Shown here one piece after another: positions 27,253 to 38,391 of a stretch of DNA of 64,000 nt. The stretch spans positions 569,764 to 633,763 of the forward strand of contig NW_003314295.1 of NCBI RefSeq assembly GCF_000143415.4. Direction: 5' to 3'. The notes beneath the pieces are model-generated. The model searched no databases. It was not told the origin of the DNA and was given only the letters and a program-made list of their open reading frames with translations. The stretch comes from Selaginella moellendorffii (lineage: Eukaryota > Plantae > Lycopodiophyta). The translations under genes and the position numbers were made by a program. How positions within the stretch are numbered: position 1 is the stretch's first letter; every line of letters begins with the position of its first letter.

Positions 27253-28539
27253 ATGGGCAATTCCTCGATTTTGGAAGAGGAGGGCTATGGCGGCGGCGGT
27301 GGCGGTAGCGTCCTGTGGGCGCCTGGCAGCCCGCGGCTGTCCTTCTCCAGGGATTTCGTCCAGTCTGATGTATTCACTCCATCGTCGGCGAGGAAGGATC
27401 CGGCCTTGATCCCTTCCGCATCCTCGGCCGATTTCGATTTCGGCATGCTTGCATTGCTGCGCTGCGGGGCGGCGGATGGCGAGGAGGGCGTGGAGCTCAT
27501 CCAAAACGGCAAGCTCCTCCCGATCGATCGCAGCGCTGCGGCTCCGCCAAGGGCGGCGGCGGCCGTGAGCGGCGCGGAGGAGGCGGAGGCGCCTCGCAGT
27601 AGCATTGGGAGCGATGCCGAGATCGCCCAAATCACCAGCACCCACGAATCCGATCAATCGCAGCCTCCTCGACACCAGGTACCCCCAAAATCGCCCGCCA
27701 GCAGCCGATGGAAGGATCTCCTCACGCTCAATTTCATGCGCTCCTCCTCCTCCTCCTCCTCTCTTTCGATCGAGACAGAGCCCCTGAATCACTCGAGCTC
27801 CTCCTCCTCCTCCAAGCTGGGATCCTCCTCGTCCTCCTCTCGCCTCAAGCTCCTGTTTAGGAGCAGCTCCGCGGGAGCTGGGAGCCGGCAGCACCAGCAG
27901 CAGCTTGACGCGCAAATCGAGCCCAGCTTGGGGAGATCCGCGTCGGAATCCAAGGTCTCGACATGCTGCAACAATCTCCGCGTCGCCGATGGGGATCTGG
28001 TCGTCCGGAGGCCGCCATCCAAATCCGATTCCTCCTCCAGCCAGAACGCTGTGATCTCAGTTCCAGCGGAAACAGGGGACGATCCCAAATCCACAGGGGC
28101 GATCCAGAGGAGGAGGACTCGATCGTGTTCTTCCTCGAATCCCCATCCAAGCCCGGCTCCAAATCCGCGGAGGAAGGCCCTGGCCGAGGTGAAAGCCACG
28201 GCGTGCTCCCCGCCCGCCATGAGATCCAACGCGGCGAATTACCAGCGCCTGGGTGCCAAGCAAGCGAATCCATCGAATCCCCACCAGGTTCTTCCCACGG
28301 TCAAGAACAGCAGCTCCATGGATGGCTGGCGGGTCTACAGCGAGAGGATGAGCAACGCGAGCAGCAATGGTGGGAGTAGCGTCGTGGGGGGCAGTAATAA
28401 CCACGGGGTAAAGGTGGCGGAGGTTTTGCATATGGAGGTTTGCATGGGGCAGTCCATGGTGGTTTCCAAGGTTGCCAAGGCTGCCAAGGCTTTCACCAAG
28501 AAGGAAAACGCTCCAGGCAAGATCTCTGTGAGAACTTGA
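27253..28539 (+). CDS. Ser-rich intronless protein, DUF1645/MAKR-like
   Basis: SPRLSFSRDF, DFDF, ELIQNGKLLP and RWKDLL motifs; long open frame. Confidence 0.7.
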   Translation: MGNSSILEEEGYGGGGGGSVLWAPGSPRLSFSRDFVQSDVFTPSSARKDPALIPSASSADFDFGMLALLRCGAADGEEGVELIQNGKLLPIDRSAAAPPRAAAAVSGAEEAEAPRSSIGSDAEIAQITSTHESDQSQPPRHQVPPKSPASSRWKDLLTLNFMRSSSSSSSLSIETEPLNHSSSSSSSKLGSSSSSSRLKLLFRSSSAGAGSRQHQQQLDAQIEPSLGRSASESKVSTCCNNLRVADGDLVVRRPPSKSDSSSSQNAVISVPAETGDDPKSTGAIQRRRTRSCSSSNPHPSPAPNPRRKALAEVKATACSPPAMRSNAANYQRLGAKQANPSNPHQVLPTVKNSSSMDGWRVYSERMSNASSNGGSSVVGGSNNHGVKVAEVLHMEVCMGQSMVVSKVAKAAKAFTKKENAPGKISVRT

Positions 28540-28621
28540 TAGGTAATTACTGATGTTCATAGGTTAGTGTGATAGATCTATGATCCTGCCTGGCATGAAA
28601 AGCTATAAGAACTCAAGCCCA

Positions 28622-28773
28622 GGGGTGATCAATCCATGACAATTTACTCCACACACAATGAATGATCTTGCAAAGTTTGAAAGCTTTGTTGTGCCCTGGG
28701 GTGATCAATCCATGACAATTTACTCCACACACAATGAATGATCTTGCAAAGTTTGAAAGCTTTGTTGTGCCCT
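28622..28773. repeat. Perfect 76-bp tandem duplication
   Basis: GGGGTGATCAATCC...TTGTGCCCT occurs at 28622-28697 and again at 28698-28773. Confidence 0.95.
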
Positions 28774-29586
28774 AAACTCGAATGAAAGAAGAAAGGATCA
28801 ATGCGGAAAGTGACGGTGCCACACGGAATACTGTCCCATGGATTGCTTCACTTTGCTCGCTCGGATTGCTGCTTTCGCATGAGAAACATGCAAAAAAGCT
28901 AAGTCCGAAACGAGCATGGCATTTATGCTGCGATGTTTTTGCCTGGTTCATGCGCAACTTAATGCAAAGTTTCCGTATGACAATGATCTTGAGATATGGA
29001 CTTGATCATGCAATAATCTTAGAAAACAAGCGTCTACAGTCGTGGACATGGTTTTCGCTCGTTGAACTTGTCAAAACAGACACGCGAACTCTCAACATCT
29101 ATCGAGTTTTTAATGGAAGCAAACAATAGCAAGCCCACAATGCGAGAGTGGACCTATGATTTATCTTTTGTATCGCGTAATGCTTCGTCTCTCTCTTTCT
29201 TCTGGGCAAATGCTCGCAGAGTCCACGCCAGGCACGGTTTAGAAATGGATCCGCTCGAGATCTCACCCACATTGCGAGGATCTATGCATTCGGCAAAGGT
29301 CGCGATGCAAACAGTAGGATATCTACGCTTACAAGACAAGATTGCGATATGTGCATCCTAAAACAATGTTAAACAAGTTGAAAAGGAGTGACCCCGCAAA
29401 GATTCGTACGCCCAAACTGCTCATAGTCAACCACATCCGCTGCTTTAATAAGAGGTGGCCAATCTACGCAGATCAAGAAAGTTGATAGAAACTTTTGCAT
29501 GGGCTGTATACTTTTTTAAGAGGTGGATTAGGGTTCTAGAGATTTTAGGGTTCTTCTGAAGGAGACTCGCCCCTGCCTAGGGCGCG

Positions 29587-30672
29587 ATGGCATCTGTTAG
29601 GAGGAGCGCATTTCTCGATCGCAGCACCTGGCGTCTCCCCAGAGGTGATGTTTCTCTCTTGAGGAGATTTGGAAATTTGATAGCAAATTTTGGGGCTCTA
29701 GAGGGCGAGGGTGTGTATGCCGAGGCGGAAGAGCGAGTGCGCGAGGCTTGCGCGGATGGAAAGGTTCGTAATTCATCACAGGGGATTTTTCTCAATTTCT
29801 TTTTTGTTCTTTAGATGAGCAATCGTCGCCTTAAAAGATGGGTGAATGATCGGCTACTTCGCGAGCTCGCTCCGCCTCTGGACTCGATCGAGATTGGCGG
29901 ACTCTTCGCACCTCCTCCTTGGGGTACTTGAGTTGCACCGCAAAGAGCTGTGTTTTTCGAAACCATAAATGCAGGAGAGAGGAACTATCAAACACCGCTG
30001 GAGAAATTGACGGAAGGTGGAGGAGCAGCCATGGCCGCCGCGTGGGAACCCTTTCGTGATAACGTAGACATGGATTACCAGGTAACCTTCTGCGATTCAT
30101 TGTTTTGCTCGTGTAAAAACTCGATTGGTCTCTCAGGCCGATGTGTTGAGAAAACTTGAGAAGACCGGGAAACGTAAAGAAGCTGCGGCTCTTTGCGCAT
30201 GGCGAGCAGTGGATCACAATGCTCGCGATGCACTAAAGCGGCTCTCCGATTCGCCACTGCTTCCTATTCTTGAGGTACGAGATATATTTTTTCTTCGTTC
30301 CTGTAAGACGGATGGAAATTATTTATTTTTTCTTCTTTGTGAAGAACCAATTGCTCGAATTTGTGAGCGGGAGAGACGACGAGCTCGTACTGGAGATGCC
30401 GGCACCGCACCACCGACTGCTTGTGCATGGTCTCAGTCAAGTAAGTTTTTCAAGCTTTTCCCGTAAAAATTTCAGTCTCAAGATGTTTTTTGTTATTCTA
30501 GTTTCATGGCTTGGCTTCGCAGTCGGAGCCAGCACCGCCACCACCCCGTGTACACATCACCAAGAGAACAAATTGCCGAAGCGAGGCAGCAAAAGATTCT
30601 GGCTTGAACCTGATGAAGTTCCTCCAGGACTGCAGGCAGCCTCCTGTATTACCCCCGACTTCCAGATTATGA
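29587..30672 (+). CDS. R3H-associated / R3H domain protein (multi-exon)
   Basis: SNRRLKRWVNDRLLRELAPPLDSIEIGGLFAPPPW; HHRLLVHGLSQFHGL (RxxxH). Confidence 0.85.
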
Positions 30673-30750
30673 AGACCCAAGAAAACTTGGGATGTATCCA
30701 TACCATGGTAATGTTCCTTTCCCCTTCTGTATTATATATGACAATGCTAC

Positions 30751-32247
30751 TTACATATCGCTCTCGCTTTCAAGCAAGGAAAATATATTCTCGTCTTGCT
30801 GGGCGCCGAGAACGCTCGCTACGAGTTCCTCGGGCATGTTGAACGACAGCGCTAGAGTCTCCATGTCAAGCTTGTCAAGAACCGAGCTCCTACCTGGTAA
30901 AGTTCGCTCCAAATAAGCTAAAAATTCTTGATTGACAAACACTTACCTATAAGAAACTGCGGTAGCTGGCCGTGCCCGTGATACTCGTCCGAGACTGTGA
31001 ATCCGAGGAACTTGAGAGGGGCATCTCTGGAAGAAAGCTCGCAGTTTGGAAAGTATCGAGGCACCACGAAGATGGTTCCCTCCTCCAGCCTCCTGTTTAG
31101 AGCATTGGTGCCATTCGGGTGCGCGATCTGGATTCTTCCAGTGCCATTCGTTACGACGCCGACGACCATGGCCTGGGGATTCCAGTGCGGTGCCAAAAGT
31201 GCTCCCTGGACGGTGAAGAGAACGAAGAAAAATCAGATCTTTCCAAAGCTCTAGATTGGACGCTTACGTTTTTGAGGTTCACGAATGATACTCCGAGACG
31301 AGATTTCCTGAGAACGGGCAGTTTCTTGCCCCCCGTCGATGCGAAGCAGCCATTTTGATTCGCAAAAGAGCGCTTGCTGCTCGTGAGGCTGAGGGGCCGA
31401 GGAGCTCTCCCGTGCATTTTCTTGTTGAGGAGAAAGCTGGCGACGTTCTTCCAGCTCCAGGCCTCAGGCAAATGTGACGTTAGTTGCGCGAATGCATCCA
31501 CACTTGTGGGGATGATGGCTTTACTCGGCTGCTGGCTCAAAAACTCGGCAACTCCCTCCTCGGACACCTGATTCTAAAGCTTAAATATGAATCGAAGAAA
31601 CTTCTTTCGTCACCTTGAAAGCCGCTGAGACTAGCCTTGTGCCGAATCCAGAGAACAAGTTGGACTTTCCAGCGATGAAAAACGGCTTGATGCTTTCGAT
31701 GTCGATGGCTTCTGACGTGTCGTAGAGGCCATAGATTTCGAGCTCCTCATCTTCGTGCGTACTCAAGAGATAGAACAATGATCCTGCCGCAACCGCGTAC
31801 ACATCACCGGTGCTAAGATCCTGCCTCAACAGCTCGCCTTGTTGATCAACCCATCCAATTCTCGCGCTTCCTAGATTCGAGAGAATGAAATCAATCTTTC
31901 CAGAAAGAGCTTCCGTTACCTTGTTGGACGAGAAAAACGAAAGAAGCGTCCAGGTAGTGTGGGAGGAGCAAAGCTCGCGGCCGCAATGTGATAAATCCCA
32001 GGCCTACGTTGTGCTTCCGGAGCAAAGGCGAGCTCAAGAGCACTCGAATCTCTCCCCACTGGGTCTTGACGAGCTGCGTTGGCTCTTCAAGGATCAAAGG
32101 GCTGCTCCCCTCCTTGGAAGACGAGATCCGCTGGAGCAAGTGATCCTCGCTCGATCTTCCACTTCCACCATGGCAGTGATCACACAAGATCACGAACGCG
32201 ACGAGGAGAAGGCACAAGCAAGACATCAATCTCGTGTTGATCTCCAT
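30751..32247 (-). CDS. Vicilin-like (7S) bicupin storage protein with signal peptide
   Basis: Hydrophobic N-terminus; LGFITLRPRALLLPHYLDA, APHWNPQA, GTIFVVPRYFP, PQFLIG, LALSFN. Confidence 0.9.
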
Positions 32248-32353
32248 GCACCCAAGACACATTTTTTAGTAGCATTGGCGCTTTGGTGCATGGAAGGCAC
32301 GTAGACAACGAAACCGGTGGTAGCGAACATCACTGTAAATACGACACAAGAAA

Positions 32354-32426
32354 GCGCCTGTAGCTCAGTGGATAGAGCGTCTGTTTCCGGAGCAGAAAGT
32401 CACAGGTTCGAACCCTGTCTGGCGCG
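32354..32426 (+). tRNA. tRNA-Arg(CCG)
   Basis: 73-nt cloverleaf: acceptor stem GCGCCTG/CTGGCGC, A box TAGCTCAGTGG, anticodon arm TCTGT-TTCCGGA-GCAGA, T arm ACAGG-TTCGAAC-CCTGT. Confidence 0.95.
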
Positions 32427-34561
32427 AAGCATTTGGTCAAAACCTAGAATTCTTTTAGCTAGATTGGCGAATCGCCAGCTGGAATATCCCGTCTCCGGTG
32501 GTCGGGCGTCGGCCGGCAGCAAACGGCGGTTGTCGGTATCCTCGCCCGCCGGCCAGATGTTGCTTTCGTAGCACTTTTATGACGGCGGCATCCTCAATGG
32601 GCGAGCATGGCGTGGCAAGTTACACATGCCACGCAGGCCCTTCCCGCGACGTGGCAGAACCCGATTGGAGAGCATCCATCCTCGCATGCCCAAAACATCT
32701 GACCGTACGCCTTTTTTTCTTTTTTCATTAAATACCAGAGGGTAAAAACAAAGGCCACGGGTACGTAAAAATGCGCTGGTCCCAAGGGTTATGATGATTA
32801 CCTTCCCATCATCGTAAAGCAGTGGAGTATACAATGGATACAGCAATGCAATGGCTTCGCATTGCATGTATCACGCAGTCCTTGCTATTGTCCGTGCCCT
32901 CCACAGGGCTAGAAATAGATCTTACGTTTAGGCCCATTGACCACATAAGTTACCAGTTGAAAGAAATAAACTTATCGGGAGAAAATACGTAGACCTACGC
33001 ATACCACCGCCCGCGGCGTTTTCTCTTCTCCCCCACAAGCAAACAAACCGTGGTTGGTGTGTCGTTAACTAAACAGAGCATCATGACAGAATCTCCGGGT
33101 GCTTAGATCCTGCCTCGGTCGAGAACTAACGGAGGTTATGCCAAAAGCCATGGCCCCCATGATGGGTGGAATCCATTCACATTCAATGTATGGCATATAC
33201 TTTTTTACACATCGTTCTCTCTGACGTGAATGCCACCACCACCACCGCCTCAATAAAAACCCCCCAAACGCAACCCCGCGAACGAGGATTTTAAATCAAA
33301 CTCCACCATTCCAATTTGAACAAGATTCGCGAGTTTTTTTTTTCTCAACTTTTTCTTTTCTGGAATTTTTTATTTGGGGATATTTTTTTCTCTGTCAGAT
33401 TGATTTTGGTTTTTTAAGACTTTCTGTCCGTGCCTTGAATGCATCCTCCGCAAGCGCCAAACGCGGCGAAGGAGCAAGGAAGATGAGAAAATAGAGGCAG
33501 TAGAATTTCTCGGTTAAGGCATTCATTCCAGTGCCGGGTGTGCATGGAGCATGGGAAGCGCCACTCCGGCAATTGCCCCGTGTGGGCATTTGCTGTGGAG
33601 AGTGGTGATGCGTGACACCACATCCACGTCCAATCGGGATTTGCTAGAGTTCACATCCTCCAGCAAGCAAGCAAGCAAGCAAGCACGCATTCCAGCTAGA
33701 AGCCCTTGGAGGATAATCAATCAATCAATCAATCCTCAAGGAGAGCGATTAAAACAAACCAAAACAAAAAAAAAACAAAGAATACCCATGCTCTCCTGTT
33801 CGTCGTGATCCATCGAGCTGGGTCGTCTATGAAGGGGACGATGGAATCGATCGCTCCATCTCCTCCTCCCACAAAATCGGAGCGCGAGAGATAGATTTGA
33901 TCTCTCCACTTCTTTTTATCTTTTGTTGGGGGACACACAGCGACCAGGGTGTGCCCCGCGAGGGAGGCAGCATTTTCCCCCCAGATTCCATACCATGGGC
34001 GAGAGAATTAGGGCACTTTTCCACTCCATCACTTCTTCTTCCACCACTCTTTGTTGAGTGAGGAAGAAGAGAAGGAGCGCGCCTTTAAAGTTTATTTGCT
34101 CGGGGAGAGCCAGTGCCTCTCTCTGGAGCGTCAGCCAAAGCTACTTATAATCGCAGTGAAGGAGGGGAGAAATCTCTCCCTCTCTCTCTCTCTCGCGCGA
34201 GCGCGCGCGGCGATCGATCTGCAAAGAAGAGATGATAGATAGAATGGAAAGAATGGAAAGAGCTTTAGATATGGCGCCTGGAAGAGCCCAGCTTCTTTTC
34301 CTTCCTTCTTCCTCTTCTTTGTGGTACCACTGACACATCGGTCTGGCCTGACTCCACAGTGTTTTTCTCACTCACTTCGATCGCCGCCCTCTCCAGCGCG
34401 CCGTCGCGCGGCGAATCTGGCCTAGCAGCCGCCGCTCGATCGCTCGATCGATCATGCTCGCCGCTGGAACGATCTCTGGGTGGCTAGGAACAAGGATCGT
34501 GTAAGATCGAAGAGAAGAGAGTAGCTAGCTAGCTTGGGAGCTCGCTCGCGCGATAGACAGC

Positions 34562-35955
34562 ATGGATTTGATGGGCAGTAGCACCAACACGACGACGAGC
34601 AGCAGCGAGAAATCCAGCAGCAGTAGCAAATGTAGACGGCTGGGGGACATCCTGCCCGCTACGCCCACCACGAGCAACAAGACCGCGCGGACGAGCAGCG
34701 ATTCCGCCAAGCAGTCGAGCAGGTCGGGCGGATCGTCGCCCGGCCACCACGGGCAGCTACAGCACCAGCACCAGCACCAGCACCAGCGGCAGCGCTCCTG
34801 CGGCTCGCCCACCGATTCCTCCACCGCCGCCACCGCCGCCACAGAGGATCACTTACTACACACGAGCGGATCCATCTCCTCTCCACCGAATTCGTTCGCC
34901 AATTCCTCCTCGTCCTCGCAGCACTCTGGGATGATCCTCATGCCTCCTCCGACCATGGCCGGTGCTGGATCGTCCGCAGTTAGCGCATCGTCTTACGGAA
35001 CTATGGGAGGAGCTATGGCAATGCCGGGGATGGGAGGAGGAGGAGGAGGAGCGATGAATCTCGCGAGATCACCGATGCTCTTCCAGCAGCAGCCAGCGAT
35101 GAAGCAATCCATGGGTGAGCGTCGCGAGTGAGCGAGAGCGTGGATAGAAGTGTTTTCTAGGAGGATTGATCGATGGTTTTGCTTCGTGACAGGATTCCAG
35201 CAGCAGCTGGCGATGGGGAGCGCGAGCAGCCTGCTGGGCCTCCACGAAGCCTTCATGGCGTCGCGCTATCCCTTCACGTCCCTCCAGTGGGCGGAGCTGG
35301 AGCACCAGGCGCTGGTTTTCAAGTACATCCTGGCGCGCGCGCCCGTGCCGCCCGAGCTCATCGCTCCAATCCGCTCCACCTCCTTCTCCTCCATTCTAGG
35401 TAACAAAGATCTCCCTCCATATCCATCTCTTTCTTCTTCCTCTTGGTTGATCGTTTGCTCTTCTTTCGCTTTCTCTGATTCGATCGATCAGGTGGGGGAG
35501 GATCGTGGCCCTGTACGATCCCATCGTCGGCCAACGCTGGCAGTGGGCATGGGGTACACACGAATCACCTCGACGCGGAGCCAGGACGGTGCCGGCGTAC
35601 CGACGGCAAGAAATGGCGGTGTGCACGGCCCATCGTCCCGGATCAAAAGTACTGCGAGCGGCACATCAATCGTGGCAGGCACAAGAAGAAATCTTCCGCT
35701 GCTACGGCGGCTGCGGTAGCTGCGGCGGCGGCGGCCGCCACCACCGGCGGGGGAGGAATGGGAAGAGTCTCGTCCACCACCAGCACTAGCACAAGCACTA
35801 GCAGCACGAGTGGTATCATCGCGTCCAGCCATGGCGGCGAGCACCATCCGGGCGAGCTCTCCACCGCGTTTGAGATCTCGAATGCGTCCTCGTCTATGTT
35901 CCACCACCATCGGTCATCGTCTCTCGCGGATGGTAGCGTGAACTTGGCGATCCAT

Positions 35956-35987
<32 letters not shown>

Positions 35988-38140
35988 TCAACACTCGCAG
36001 CAGCAGCACCAAGCTTTGATGATGATGATGCGAGGTAGTGGTGGTGGTGGTGGTGGCGGTGGCGGTGGCTCTAACACCACTTGCATTGTTCCAAGCTCTT
36101 GCGGAGCTGGAGGAGGATCTCCCGGAGTTTCGTCCCACTCGAATCATCCACACCAGCAGAGCTCCGTCCCGTTGCAATCGAGCTACTTCAGCGCTGGAGC
36201 TGGACCCCTCTCCATGAAAGACAGGTACTTCGAAACCACCATAACTTAAATGCTTGTTCTTTCCTTTCGTTTTTTCTTCTTCTTCCTTGGTGCGTTCTTT
36301 TTCTTCCTCCATAGCTAGAACTAGAAAGCTAGCTCGCTGGCGATATGTCTTTTGCTTTTCCTGCATTTTCTCTGTTTTGCTTGTGTCGTTTGCTCTAGAT
36401 TTTTGCCTGCTCGTGGCGTCGGTTCGCATTTTGTTTGCGTGAGAATCTGGAGCTTGAGGTGAGTGAGATGAGAGCTTGGAAATTTGTATCGTTCATGAAT
36501 GCCACCCATGCACGCCACCAAAGTATTGATTGACCGAAGTGTGATAGTAATTTTTGCGTGGGGAGCTTTTGTGAGAGTCAATTGCGATGAACAGTGGCGA
36601 AGGATTCGATCCTCCTGATCGCCTTGCTGCCTTTTAAAAACACTTGTTTGCTTACGACAGTGGCGCATTGGAGTTTATGCTGCGCTGCTTGGCGTTTTGG
36701 CTCTAGTGCTTGTTTTCTTCTTTTATAAATCCCCCCCGCGCTGCTTGTCTTGCTCATCTTAAATGGCGAGCTTGTTTTTCATTCTTTCCCTTGCCTTCTT
36801 CCGCTTGAACGTTTTTTTAGTCCTTTTCTCTCGCCCGCCCCCGTTGGTGTCTGTGCCTGGAAACCTTTGTCGCCATGTCAATCCCGCTTTGTTTGTCTCG
36901 TTTCTTTCTCGTGAGTGTAAGTGTGTGTGAAAGTGGGAAGCGAGAGTGTGCCAAGGAGTGAGATTTGCGTGTGAGTTTGTGTGGTTTCCACCATTGCGTT
37001 CATGAAATCATGCATCTGTCATGGATGGCTTCCTTTTATTTTTCTTTGCTGCTTTCTCTTATTTTTTTTCCTTAGAATATGTGGATTTCAGTGCAGCTCT
37101 TCCGCATCCTTTCGATCATCTTTCTTCCGTTTGCTTGGCCTTTTTTTTTCAGGTTTTTGAATGGTATAAGTAAAGCAACGTCGTTTGATTTGCGTCCCGA
37201 GCAGCTGCTTCTTTCGGAGGTTCCTGGAGGCTCAGCAGCAGCTCTAGCAGCGCCCGGATCCGGGATCTCAGCAAACCAATCCAATTTTCCAGGAGCAGCA
37301 GCACGAGGAGGAGTCAATCCAACCTCAGCAGCAGCGCCACCACCATTCTTCCAGCTTCCAAAGTCAAACGCGAGTAGCACCAGCAACAGCGCCAGCAGCA
37401 ACCCGGACTCGCCATACTTTTCATACTCGAAGCTCTTCCACAACGCGAGCGACGAGTCGCAGCACTGCCTGAGCAGCCTACTCGCGTCGCCTCCGCAGCA
37501 CCAGCACAACCAGCAGCTGAATTACTACGCGAGCGATCCATCCGGGGCCGAGAAGATCAAACCGGACACCTCCCACGCGCTGCGTCCGCTCTTCAACGAA
37601 TGGCCGCGCTCCAGGGACGCTTCCACCATGACGTCGTGGTCGGACTCCGACGATCGAAAGCCTTGCCAGCAGCAGCTCCACAAGCTCAAGCTCGGCGGCG
37701 GCGGGACGCATCTCTCCATCTCGATTCCAAGCACGGCCTCTGGAGGATCGCATGAAGATGGCGGTGGGAACGATAGCATGGTAAAGCTTTGCATGGGGAG
37801 TAGCGTCGAGGAGCTGACGGACTCGGCCACCAATGGTGGTGGCGTGGCCGGAGGTGGTAGCAGTGGCGGCGGTTTGATCAAGCCGGGTGGCGGAGTGGTG
37901 GAGCTGGGATGGTTCTCGGCGGCGCGAGCTTCCGTGGGAGGTCCGCTGGCGGAGGCTTTCAATGCGAGCGAGGTGAAGTCGTCGGGCTTGACCTTCCTTG
38001 GAGGGTCTGCGAGAGATCTTCGGCAGCTCCAGGTGGTGTCGCCCACGGGAGTGCTGCAGCGATCCGGGCTTGGATCGTTTTCCGAGTCGAGCAGCAGCGC
38101 GAGTAGCCCCGGATCGATCAAAGTGGAGCAGCTGCATTGA
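34562..38140 (+). CDS. GRF: Growth-regulating factor transcription factor (4 exons)
   Basis: QLQ domain [19 protein letters not shown]; WRC domain [23 protein letters not shown]; C-terminal LRPLFNEWP (FFD), THLSISIP (TQL), GGPLAE and SPTGVLQ motifs. Confidence 0.95.
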
Positions 38141-38391
38141 CAACAACGTGAGAGATGGCAGGCTCTGCGAGTGAGAAAAAGAGCTCCCTCCCCAAGTGTT
38201 CAAAGATACTTAAAGAGTGGATTTTTTTTTGTTTTGGTTCTTGCGTTTTCAGTTGTATATAGTTGCATACATGACAAAAAGAAAATTAGTCAGTGATAGA
38301 CACAAGTCCAACATCAAGAACAAGTCCAATAATGAGAAAATATAATTTAATATAAACAATAAAGATTGAAACAACCAATGTAATTATATAG

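Noticed and set aside
27250-28560. Antisense ORFs over GC-rich genes (also GRF and the PPRs)
   Set aside because: Expected from high GC and low-complexity codons.
28622-28773. Tandem C/D snoRNA pair
   Set aside because: No proper box C (RTGATGA) or terminal box D (CTGA).
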